A stretch of DNA of 64,000 nt, from the NCBI RefSeq assembly GCF_006345805.1, contig NC_042998.1:3658001-3722000 (forward strand), written 5' to 3'. This document shows positions 39,660 to 50,803 of this stretch, in pieces. The first letter of the stretch is position 1. Each line of letters opens with the position of its first letter. The position numbers and the translations under genes are program-made. The notes under the pieces are model-generated. The model had not been told where the DNA came from and did no database searches. It saw only the letters and a list, made by a program, of their open reading frames with translations. Origin of the DNA: Octopus sinensis. Taxonomy: Eukaryota.

Positions 39660-40761
39660 GACTTCTACCACGTTCCAGGGAGACAAACTAGAAGTAGTTG
39701 AAAGCTTCCGCTACCTAGGTGACCAAGTCAGTAGTGGGGGTGGGTGTGCTGAAAGTGTAACGGCTAGAGTAAGAATAGCCTGGGCAAAGTTTAGAGAGCT
39801 CTTACCCCTGCTGGTGACAAAAGGCCTCTCGCTCAGCGTAAAAGGCAGACTGTATGATGCATGTGTACGTACAGCCATGCTACATGGTAGTGAAACATGG
39901 GCCGTGACTGCTGAGGATATGTGTAAGCTCGCAAGAAATGAAGCCAGTATGCTCCGATGGATGTGTAATGTCAGTGTTCATAATCGACAGAGTGTAAGTA
40001 CCTTGAGAGAAAAGTTGAACCTAAGAAGCATCAGTTGTGGTGTGCAAGAGAGACGGCTGCGCTGGTATGGTCATATGACAAGAATGGCTGAAGATAGTTG
40101 TGTGCAAAAGTACTACACCCTAGCAGTTGAGGGAACCTGTGGAAGAGGTAGACCCAGGAAAACCTGGGACGAGGTGGTGAAGCACGACCTTCGAACTTTA
40201 GGTCTCACCAAGGAAATGACTAGAGACCGAGACCTATGGAAGTATGCTGTGCGTGAGAAGACCTGGCAAGACTAGTGAGGCCATAACCTGTGGCCCCTAC
40301 CTGGGACGTAGTCAGTCCACCTGTGCATACCTTTCTTCTTGTGACACTTGTGATGACCTGTTGAGGCAAGTGAAAATCAAACCAAAATCAAACCAAAATC
40401 AAAATAGATGAACATCAATGGAATTTGTATCTTTGTGGTACCAGTGCCGGTGGCACGTAAGAAAACCATCTGAACGTGGCCGTAGCCAGTACCGCATCGA
40501 CTGGCCTCCGTGCTGTGGGCACGTAACAAACACCATCGATCGTGGCCGTTCGCCAGCCTCGTCTGGCACCTGTGTCGGTGGCACATAAAATCAACTACAC
40601 TCTTGGAGTGGTTGGCGTTAGAAGGGCATCCAGCTGTAGAAACACTGCCAGATCTGACTGGCCTGGTGCAGCCTTCGGGCTCCCCAGACCCCAGTTGAAC
40701 TGTCCAACCCATGCTAGCATGGAAAGCGGACGTTAAACGATGATGATGATGATGATGATGA
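39660..40761 (+). mobile_element. RTE-clade LINE, 5'-truncated (RT C-terminus, 3'UTR, (GAT)n tail)
   Basis: 205-codon ORF with FRYLGD, AWAKFRELLPLL, MLHGSETW, RLRWYGH, RGRPRKTW motifs. Confidence 0.93.
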
Positions 40762-40775
40762 CTAATTAATTTTAC

Positions 40776-40816
<41 letters not shown>

Positions 40817-41027
40817 TATATACAAAATAAGAAAATGGAGAATACACCTTAATCAATAATCAACTACCAGATAATACCCAATCACATAATTTATTAACCC
40901 ACTACATATGAACATCAAGGTCAAACATAACAGTACAGAACAAAACAATGCACATCAATGAGTAATATGATACAATAAGTACAATATGTATTAGTGAATA
41001 TAAATAAATATAAATATATATATAAAC

Positions 41028-41161
41028 TATACCTTACAGCTGTTTCAGCCATGTAGATATGGGTATCTCATTTTGCTCATATTAGCTAGGTGTGATAAGT
41101 TAATATGTGGTTATAAATGAGACACTTACAAAAATATCCCAAGGTCTCTTCAGAAATTATA
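41028..41161 (-). ncRNA. hammerhead-ribozyme-like motif with long stem II insertion
   Basis: minus: TATAATTT-CTGAAGA-GACC...GGCT-GAAA-CAGCTG-TA-AGGTATA; palindromic stem III ACAGCTGT. Confidence 0.55.
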
Positions 41162-41391
41162 AAGTACAATCTAAATATGAATATTAGAGGAGGTGCACCC
41201 ATACAAGAGTGGGTACATACCCATAATATATAATATACACATACATATGAGTACATATACCCATGTTCCTATATATATATATATACACATATACATAATA
41301 ATATACAACAATATACATATAGATGTTCTTGCTTTACTGGCATGGGATATATGTTATCCCATGGTGGGTTGTGCTCACAACCTCTATCTCC

Positions 41392-41428
<37 letters not shown>

Positions 41429-41479
41429 AGCTTAGAGAAGAAGAAGAAATGAAACGAAACGAAACCAATCCAATCGAAT

Positions 41480-41830
41480 CGAATCGACGCAAAGGCGCTC
41501 AGTCATACAATAGTGTAATAAATAAAATATATGCATACATACAAACATATATGTACGTACCTTCATCTACATGTATATATACATGCATATATAATATATA
41601 TACGTGTGTACAGGACACCACAAATAGACGTAGAACTCAACGAGAAACGAAAACGTAAAAACAGCATGGAACGGACCATTTTTTTAACAACGAAAAAAAA
41701 CAGAGTACAAGACAACTACACAAGGAAAATCCCCTTATCAGCTGTCCCTAGTTCAACTCCAGTGTTTTGTTTCGAAGGTGAGGACAGAACACGTCTCGTC
41801 GAACTAATCCTTCCTGCAAAAGAATTAAAT
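41480..41830. repeat. dispersed TA-associated repeat, homologous to 18250-18640
   Basis: shared sequence blocks (see 18250). Confidence 0.55.
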
Positions 41831-42425
41831 AAAATTCCTTAAGTATACTTAACCATAGAACTAAAGTGTCTGCAAATCAAAAACATGCTCAAAACGTTTG
41901 AGAACTTGTTATATAAAACATTGACAGTGTTTCAAAGTCTGTTTCAGTTCTCACTTTGATATCAATAATCACTGGTCTGTATTGAATAGTACATCCTTCA
42001 ATATCGACAGGCTACCCATTCCATTTTGGGTTGTGTAGAAAGTCTCTGTTTTGTGTGTTCACTTGGGTGGTAAATATTAACACACCTTTAATTTCATTAG
42101 TGGTATCTAAGTATATGTTATTCAGTACCACCTTCCTTTTATAAGACATTAGGGTGTGATTTGGGGAGAGAATCATCTATATTTTGGAACTCAAGCAATG
42201 CCTATTTTTCCATATTAGGTTTCTCTGTGTACTGTTGTTGTGTATTCTTGGATCGGTCCTATGATCAAAAGGACTTTAGCTGTGACCACCCTGTCTTTGT
42301 CGACTACATTATCTGATTAAGAGGAATTTAGCTGCTATTTCTAGCATCCTCAATGACCATGCAGATGCTCTCTCTTTCTTCTTTTGTTTCTCTTACTCTC
42401 TCTTGCTCGTCAGTATACCATTGTA

Positions 42426-42832
42426 TACTCTCTTTACTCTTTTACTTGTTTCAGTCATTTGACTGCGGCCATGTTGGAGCACCGCCATTAGTCGATCAAA
42501 TCGACCCCGGGACTTATTCTTTGTAAGCCCAGTACTTATTCTATCGGTCTCTTTTTGTCAAACCGCTAAGGGACGGGGATGTAAACACACCAGCATCGGT
42601 TGTCAAGCAATGTTGGGGGACAAACACACACACTTATATATATATATATATATATATACATATATACGACAGGCTTCTTTCAGTTTCCGTCTACCAAATC
42701 CACTCACAAAGCATTGGTCGGCCCAGGGCTATAGCAGAAGACACTTGCCCAAGATGTCACGCAGGTGGGACTGAACCCGGAACCATGTGGTTGGTTAGCA
42801 AGCTACTTACCACACAGCCACTCCTGCGCCTG
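42426..42832 (-). mobile_element. SINE family A copy
   Basis: reverse-complement full-length match. Confidence 0.9.
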
Positions 42833-43139
42833 TATCTGTATATATTCAAATAGAATTTTACCTTTTCTTACTTTTCCCCTTACACTTTATTCTCAAACTT
42901 TCAAGCAGTTGTTTAGAGAAAGGCCCCTACCTCAAATAGCACAACTGAACTCTTCTCCATGTAAACGAACACATTTTATAAAAAAAGATTAAAATGAAAA
43001 GAAATACTATTTAAAAGGGAAGCAACTCTTAAAAACATTAAGTTATTGCTTGGTTTATTTCCCTTGTATTCCCATCACTTTATTTATTGTTTTCTTTCTT
43101 TTGCTCCCTTTCCAACATACTTAAAATAACAAGATTGAA

Positions 43140-43191
43140 TATAGCAAAATACGTTGCATATCCATCCATCTATCCATCCACCCATCCATCA

Positions 43192-43262
<71 letters not shown>
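43140..43262. repeat. (ATCC)/(ATCT)n microsatellite (a second tract at 43590-43700)
   Basis: direct reading. Confidence 0.95.
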
Positions 43263-43264
<2 letters not shown>

Positions 43265-43660
43265 ACAATATTGACCGAGGTTACCGTGGTCTTTTTCGTA
43301 GGCTTTTCTTCCCACGGATAAACCTCATCTGCTTCCCTCCTTTACACCGTACATCATGACACTGTGATACACGATCCCTATTGATATTTTTTTTCCTCTT
43401 CCTCTTTTTTCCTCTTCCCCTTTTTTTCCTCTTTTTTCTTCTTTTCTCCTTTTTCTTTTCTTTTGTTTCTTTTTTTCTCCTTTTTTTTGTTTCTCTTGTT
43501 TTTTGTTTTTTTCATCCCCCAACAGAAAAGCTCTACCTTGTAATTTGTCCCATCTGTGTGCAGCCCTGTGTGGCCAATAAAGAAACTTATCTATCTATCT
43601 ATCTATCTATATCTGTCCATCCATCCAACCATCCATCCATCCATCCAGTTATCTATCTAA

Positions 43661-43691
<31 letters not shown>

Positions 43692-44230
43692 GGTAGCTAT
43701 CTACGTCTGTCTGTCTGTGTCTGTTTTCGGCTTTGTGTTTGTACCCCCTCCTCATTTGACAACGGAACAACAGAGGCTGTTGTTTAGGTGCCCATAAGAC
43801 ATAAGCAGAACACTCCGAAGAGCTGATGTTCTGGAAAAAAAAAAAATAAATGACAATTCTTTGTTATATTTAAAATTAATTGAAAGAAACACAGAGCATC
43901 TCAAAATAAATACAGTAACGAAAGGGTTAATAACAAAAAAAAAAAAGGAAGGACATAGCGGATAATGTAATTTGAGATAAACTCTGCTGGAAAAGATGGG
44001 ATGGTCATGGTTAAAATACCTTTGATCATTAGCCAGTATGTGCAGTGGAAGTGGTTTGAAGGATTATGCAAATGACTAACATTTGTTGTGTGAAAATGTA
44101 CAGAGAAGTTGTAGTTTAGTTCCAGGTGAATCTTAACTGAGCAGATTTATGGTCAAAGGTAAGGGTTCCATGACCATCCTGTCTTTTTAGAAGTGTGCTG
44201 GTCAACATTGTCCAAAGTGACTTTTATTTA

Positions 44231-44591
44231 TTCAACCCTTTCGTTACTGTATTTATTTTGAGATTTTCTGTGGTACTTCCAATTATATAATAATAATAAT
44301 AATGAAATTATTGTATACAGTGCTCAGGTGCACCACAACTTGTCAGACAGTGCATATAAAGCACATGCAGTAGTGTACAAATGTCTGGAAAGCGAACAAT
44401 GCATGAGTCAGGTACATGCTTGTGTGTGTATGGAATTTAGTAAAATAACTTAGTTATCATTGAGCTAGTGTTAGGAACATAAATTGTGACTAAGATTTGG
44501 TGGGAGATTTTAATTCAGAACTTATGAAAACAAGACATTTGTACTAAAGAGCCAGAGCCAGTTTCAGCCGGGTTGGTAACAAAAGGGTTAA
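44231..44591. mobile_element. piggyBac-like MITE carrying a CR1 3'-tail fragment (44290-44435, minus strand)
   Basis: ends TTCAACCCTTTCGTTAC / GTAACAAAAGGGTTAA; insert matches the CR1 3'UTR at 9360-9530. Confidence 0.72.
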
Positions 44592-44689
44592 GACATTATA
44601 GTGTAGCTTGAAGGACTTTGGCTGCTATTTTTTGATAGGCCATGCAATCTTGAACTAAAATGTTGATGAAAATCATGATGATGATGATA

Positions 44690-45150
44690 ATGTTGCCGAA
44701 TGGTAAACATAATGATATCATTACCATCGTTTTATGTGTAGGTTGGGTGAGTTTTTACCAAAGCAGTGTCTCACCATTTCTAGCAGTGATTTGTCAGCTC
44801 CTTCATGAGGTTCAGCTCTTGGTGGTTAACCCTTTTTATATCTTGTCAGGTCTTCCTCAGTCGTCCTCTTCCTCTGGGTTCTTTATATCTGAATCCCTTG
44901 GCACCTCCCAACCCAACTGTAATCCTCCACATGTTTCACATATTCATAACAGCTAGTTCTTATCCTTAAAACACTACATCTGATTTCTCTTTAGATCTAG
45001 TGTTTCTCTCAACTCATTTGAACTCTGCCATTCATGCTCATTAACATTATACATCCAACAAAACCTGTTTGCCCAATTTCTTTCCAGCCTTTGTTCAACT
45101 CTACATTCCATACTCATATTTTGCTATTATGCAAAATTGCATTTTATACA
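44690..45150 (-). mobile_element. old RTE-like LINE remnant
   Basis: minus-strand degenerate WMYNVN..ELRETLDL..RGRGRLRKT peptide pieces. Confidence 0.55.
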
Positions 45151-45159
45151 CAATTTCCA

Positions 45160-45474
45160 TCCCACAAAGTTATCAACCACCTCACCAACAACAACACTGA
45201 ACACCTTTTTGATCTCCATGTGTCCAACACATGTGGACATGCCTACAAAGTCAGAAAACAGCACAGCTCCTATGACTTTCGGAAACATTTTTTCACACTC
45301 AGAGCTGCTGAAGCATGGAACAAACTGCCTGCATCAGTTGCTGACTGCCATGACACTGCATCCTTTAAGGAACTCATGCTTTCCGAAATCCGCCGAAACT
45401 ACACCTGATTATACATACACTTTAGATGAGTTGTAGTGCACCTGAGCACTGTACACAATTATTATTATTATTAT
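45160..45474 (+). mobile_element. CR1/L2-clade LINE 3' end with (ATT)n tail
   Basis: HKVINHLTNNNTEHLF..RKHFFTLRAAEAWNKLPASV; homologous to 8960-9530. Confidence 0.88.
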
Positions 45475-45680
45475 TTTAATATGTTCTCCATTGAAAGAGA
45501 AAATTCCTTTGTTACCATTGAGACTAATAGCTCATTGAACTTTTCTCCAGCTCACTCTTACTCTGGCTATGCTTTCAGGACACAGCTGATTAGTTCATTT
45601 AGGTAAAAGAAGATATCATCTATTTCTAGGGAGCTTTCCAAGAATTTGAAAAAAATTCATCTCATGTTTGCACTTTTTGG

Positions 45681-45995
45681 TAGGTGCAGGAGTGGCTGTG
45701 TGGTAAGTAGCTTGCTTACCAACCACATGGTTCCGGCTTCAGTCCCACTGCATGGCATCTTGGGCAAGTGTCTCCTACTATAGCCTCGGGCTGACCAAAG
45801 CCTTGTGAGTGGATTTGGTAAACAGAAACTGAAAGAAGCCCGTCGTATATATGTATGTATATATGTATGTATGTATGTGTGTGTGTGTCTGTGTTTGTCC
45901 CCCTAGCATTGCTTGACAACCGATGGTGGTGTGTTTATGTCCCCCGTAACTTAGCAGTTCAGCAAAAGAGACCAATAGAATAAGTACTAGGCTTA
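45681..45995 (+). mobile_element. SINE family A copy, tail truncated
   Basis: head and body intact, ends at the mariner relic. Confidence 0.85.
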
Positions 45996-46004
45996 CTCGG
46001 GGCA

Positions 46005-46652
46005 TGACATTTTTTAGTGAACCCATTTCTCATCACCAGTCACTATTCAGTCCAAAAAAGGTTCATTCGTGAGATGTGACAGCAAAGAAGAGCACACATT
46101 CACTCTCTGCATGTGATTAGGCTCAGAAAGTTTGTGAGGGACCCATTGACCCAATTTGTTGGCTTTTCTGATGGCACACAGGTGTCAATGAATGGTTGAA
46201 GGATCAAATCCAAGCTTTTCTACTAGTTCCTCAATAGTTATGATTAGATTTTGTTCCTGGCAGAGCATCCTTGTTGAGCTCTACAGATCTTCCAGGAGAA
46301 GGCTCAGCTTCTAGGCTGTAGTTTCCAGCTCAGAATTTCTGGAATCACTGTTCACACTGGCTTATTGTCCAATCCCCATATACTGCGTTAATATTCCTCA
46401 CATTTTCCATTGTGTTGTTGCCTTTATTGAATTCATGAAGCAAGATCTGCTGAATATGCTCCTTTGTCACTTCCAGCTTTGAAAAAATAACTGTTAAAAT
46501 TGAACTGCACTCTTTTAAACTTGCACTAAGAATAAATACAAGGCAAAATTACTACCTGCTTTTATAGCAAGTTGATGTACGTAGTTTATCCCATTCCCCT
46601 CCGACTCTTAGTTCATGCAATTGAAAAGCTGCATTATTTATAGGATGACCCA
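46005..46652 (-). pseudogene. mariner-like transposon 5' part with decayed transposase
   Basis: minus-strand EVTKEHIQQILLHEFNKGNN..AGNYSLEAEPSPGRSVEL..TGDEKWV (first D of the DDD triad), stops and frameshifts; TIR-like GGGTCATCCTATAAATAATGCAG near 46650. Confidence 0.8.
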
Positions 46653-46661
46653 AGATATATA

Positions 46662-46699
<38 letters not shown>

Positions 46700-46815
46700 T
46701 ATACATATATATATAAAGTTAATCCAAACAAGAAAGCACAGAAAAAACACAACAACGCGAGGACATGAACAAATATAGTATTATTGGACGCTCAGGGAAG
46801 AAGGAAAGAAGGAGG

Positions 46816-46850
46816 GTTTAACGTTTCGAGCGGAGCTCTTCGTCAGAAAC
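46816..46850 (-). ncRNA. minimal type I hammerhead-ribozyme-like motif, canonical core
   Basis: GTTT-CTGACGA-A-GAGC(TCC)GCTC-GAAA-CG-TT-AAAC; palindromic AACGTT stem III; inside a TA-flanked ~200-bp repeat. Confidence 0.72.
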
Positions 46851-46927
46851 ATAGGAGAAGGAAAGATCCAGAGAAGGGAAGACAGAGGAAAAAAAGGCGC
46901 CAACGGTACACACACGGTCACATTATT

Positions 46928-46960
<33 letters not shown>

Positions 46961-47298
46961 GTGTATATATACACACACATACACTTTTTTTGTGTATTAA
47001 GGCTACCATTGAGTTCACGTTAAGAAATATCTTATCAATTTTTCAAGCTAATCACAAAAAGGGAATGAGTGTTCATCTCCATTTTGGAGTAAAATACCAA
47101 TTTTTCTTAGTGATTGGCTTGAAAATTTGTTAAGATATTTCTTGACATGAAACCAATGATAACCTTAATATAAAAATAAAGAATCTTTATCCGTCAATGC
47201 AGTATTAAATACTCATTCTCATTTACATATATAGCATTTCATTTAGTTACTTTGATATTTACTCATGGTGTGTATGTGTATTTCTTTCACTTTTTTAG

Positions 47299-47362
47299 AC
47301 CTTCTCATGGAGGGAAGTACTGTATTGGGGAGAGGAAACGATACAGAATCTGCAATACAGAG
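47299..47362 (+). CDS. ADAMTS7/12-like: ADAMTS7/12-like exon (PSHGGKYCIGERKRYRICNTE), end of central TSP1
   Basis: ttttag acceptor, gtgagt donor, 64 nt phase 2-0; GKYCxGERKRxRxCN motif; no further exon recognised before the window end. Confidence 0.92.
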
Positions 47363-47846
47363 GTGAGTATATCTATTTGATAATAACTTGGTTATGACAA
47401 CCTAGTAGGGAAAAAAATTTTGTTTCTACAAATCTCATTCCAGTTACAACTCATATAGTTAAATAGCAAAGGAATTTTTTTTTAAATGAAGTTTAACAAA
47501 AGAGAAAAAGGTGAGTTACCAAAAAAAAATTTGTAGGTGAATTGGCAGAATAATCAGACAAACGGTTTGTTGAAATTATTTTGGTTCTTTGTAGTCTGAG
47601 CTGAGAGCATATTAAAGTCAACTTCAATTTTTTCATAACTTAAGCATCAAGAAATAAACAATTGCTCAAGAACTGGGATTCATTCTTCTTTCTCATCTCC
47701 TTCTACCATTCAGTTATCCATCATTCTCTCCATTTATCCATCTATCCATCTCTCCATCTGTCTGCCTCTACATCTGTCTGTCCATCCAGCCAACCAGTCA
47801 GCCGGCCAGCAAATCTACAATCTAATTTTATTTTCTATCAGTAACT

Positions 47847-48070
47847 TTCACCCTTTTGTTACTGTATTTCTGTTGAGATGCTCTTTCTTTCAATTACTTT
47901 AAATATAACAAAGAATTTAGTAAAATAACTTAGTTATCATTCAGCTAGTGTTAGGAACATAAATTGTGACTGAGGTTTGGTGGAGGATTTTAATTCAAAA
48001 CTTATGAAAATAAAACATTTGTACTCAGAGCCAGATCCGGTTTCAGCCGGGTTGGTAATGAAAGGGTTAA
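47847..48070. mobile_element. piggyBac-like MITE (a second family starts at 48081 with TTAACCCTT)
   Basis: CCCTTTTGTTAC / GTAATGAAAGGG-TTAA ends. Confidence 0.72.
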
Positions 48071-48377
48071 GATAATTTCCTTAACCCTTATGATACCAAC
48101 CTGCTTGCGACTGTCCCTAATTCTATAATACTAACTTCCTGTTTTAAAGTGATTTAAGCTAAAACCTTCCACCAAAATTTCATGTTGACTTGTGTTCCCA
48201 ACACTTAATAATGACAAAATTAACTTTCTAAATTCTTCCTTAATTTCAAACTTAACTGAAACAAAATCAATGTATTTCAATAGAAATTAGGTAATGATAA
48301 AAATAAAAAATTAAACAATGAAGAGCATTTTATATTCTAAGAATCGTCGATTGTGCTACATATGCCATAAACTTTAA

Positions 48378-48744
48378 TCTTTTATATAAAATCCGTTCTG
48401 TCTGTCTGTCTGTGTGTTTTCTAGGATCTCGGGCATCCTCCATCTGATTGTGCTCAAATTTGCTATACAGATACCGACGGTATCAGGGCGTGTATAAGTC
48501 TTGAAAAAATTACAAAAATCGATTCCAGGTGAGAATGCGATCGATAAAGCCGTGGAAACGTGCATTTGTACATGCAAATACATCAGTTGAAATCCATCTT
48601 TTGCTGGTGTCTCAAATTTAGATTAAATCAGTGTTTCTCAAAGGGGTGGCCTATGGGACGGTCAGACAAGTTGTTTTGAGAAAATTTGGTTTAAATGTTT
48701 GACAACTCAGCTCTGTCCATTGGACAGGGGTGTTTTGCTCGTAG
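48378..48744 (+). mobile_element. Helitron-like non-autonomous element, second family
   Basis: A|TCTTTTATATAAAA start; reverse complement of 30688-31124. Confidence 0.55.
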
Positions 48745-49289
48745 CTATATAATTTTACATATTTATCATTTAATATTTGCAGTACTACTTCTGAAAAAGT
48801 ACAGTGTTATGAAAACCTATGTCATTTATTTCATAAACCTTATCCTATAATTGAGCAATCTATTTCTTTACATAAATACATTACTAAATCAAATTCCCAC
48901 AAATAACAATAGAACATAAAGACTTGTACTTTTTGTTATGCAAAGCAAGAAGGAGATGTAGGGGATGCGGGTGTGCTTTCAAGAAGTTTGCTTCCAAAAA
49001 CTTGCACAAAGAAGACATTTTTCCCAAAGTGTTGCACAGTGGGACTTTTGGCAATTGTCTTCTACAATAATTTCAGGTTGGTCAAAGCCTTGTTAATGAA
49101 GTAGTAAGATGCGAACTGTTTTGATGATTCTACAAAACACCTGATGAAATGAAATGGACATTTTGTTTTATTGTTATGCAACATTTAACAATCTCCATAT
49201 GTGTAACATAAGTAGAATATAAACAGCCATTTTCAATCGTCACATAGACATCATTTTCATTCCTTATTCATTATAATATATATATCTAT

Positions 49290-49474
49290 ATATGTTACAT
49301 TACTCGATAGTCAAGATAAAACTCTGAGTTTCAGATGCCGAAGTGGAAATCCACAACACCATCTCTTCGGTTATCTGGTTATGTTTCCAGATAACCGAAG
49401 AGATGTGTTGTGGATTTCCACTTCGGCATCTGAAACTCAGAGTTTTATCTTGACTACCGAGTAATGTAACATAT
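49290..49474. repeat. palindrome (about 89-bp arms, 8-nt loop) of a probable Penelope-like pseudo-LTR
   Basis: 49290-49378 vs 49387-49474: 1 mismatch and 1 indel; the right copy extends to about 49550. Confidence 0.9.
49389..49450 (+). ncRNA. hammerhead-ribozyme-like motif, U4C variant (mirror copy in the left arm)
   Basis: AGATAA-CCGAAGA-GATG(N21)CATC-T-GAAA-CTCAGAG-TT-TTATCT. Confidence 0.5.
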
Positions 49475-49545
49475 TGTATAGATAAATTTCCTCTATTTAC
49501 ATAATATTGAGGTCTCTTTCTTTCTTCTGTTATCTTACTGTTTTA

Positions 49546-49594
<49 letters not shown>

Positions 49595-49711
49595 AAAAGC
49601 AATAAAGATTCAAGTTAATTTAAATGAATTTACTTGAATATGGTACCTAACTTAGATGCACCAAAAAAAAACTATACTGTTTTAACAATACAGTAATGCG
49701 GGGTGATTATA

Positions 49712-50652
49712 AGTGGGAAGAAGCAACAAGAATGGATAGGTTTTTAGTACAATCGTTTCATACAAGGACAGGCTTTATTAAAAGTTGTAAAAATACAGCA
49801 TATAAACGTGTCCCGTACTCATCAGCTAAAATACATGTGAGTTCTCTAGACATCCTAGTGGTTGAGGCTATACTCATGAAGTAATGTAGATAATTAAGTA
49901 CATAAACATAAACAGATTTCCAAAGTTCATTACAGTTCTTTAAGATGATGTACAGTCTTATCACAGAATTTTAAAAAAGTTTTAGTAGCATCACAGAGAA
50001 GGTGACCTAATCCATAGAGCACATATGAATTTCCAGAGATATGATGAGGGATTACATACTCACAGAAAACAAATTTATCCATTGTTAATCACAACGAGGT
50101 GGGTCTCAATTCCTGCTTATTAGCATTACAGAGAGGGTGAATTAATCCTTTGTATAGATGCACAATCTCCAATGGTGTAGATGTAAATTTGAGATTGTGC
50201 ATCTATACAAAGGATTAATTCACCCTCTCTGTAATGCTAATAAGCAGGAATTGAGACCCACCTCGTTGTGATTAACAATGGATAAATTTGTTTTCTGTGA
50301 GTATGTAATCCCTCATCATATCTCTGGAAATTCATATGTGCTCTATGGATTAGGTCACCTTCTCTGTGATGCTACTAAAACTTTTTTAAAATTCTGTGAT
50401 AAGACTGTACATCATCTTTAAAGAACTGTAATGAACTTTGGAAATCTGTTTATGTTTATGTTACTTAATTATCTACATTACTTCATGAGTATAGCCTCAA
50501 CCACTAGGATGTCTAGAGAACTCACATGTATTTTAGCTGATGAGTACGGGACACGTTTATATGCTGTAATTTTTACAACTTTTAATAAAGCCTGTCCTTG
50601 TATGAAACGATTGTACTAAAAACCTATCCATTCTTGTTGCTTCTTTCCCGCT
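49712..50652. repeat. long inverted repeat (about 460-bp arms, 21-nt loop, about 99% identity)
   Basis: 49712-50169 is the reverse complement of 50191-50652; the few differences are mostly 1-bp indels. Confidence 0.95.
50531..50621 (+). ncRNA. type I hammerhead-ribozyme-like motif, canonical core (mirror copy 49741-49831 on the minus strand)
   Basis: TTTTAG-CTGATGA-GTACGGGACA...TGTCCTTGTAT-GAAA-CGATTG-TA-CTAAAA. Confidence 0.7.
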
Positions 50653-50803
50653 ATATATATATATATATATAGAATTAAGAGACAGAACCTCCATAAAGTA
50701 ATTCAATTAATAATGAAAAATATTATCCATAATAAAATATACATTTAAATATGTTATCAATATTGTACTAGAAATTATTATACTAAATAATACACATTAA
50801 AAT

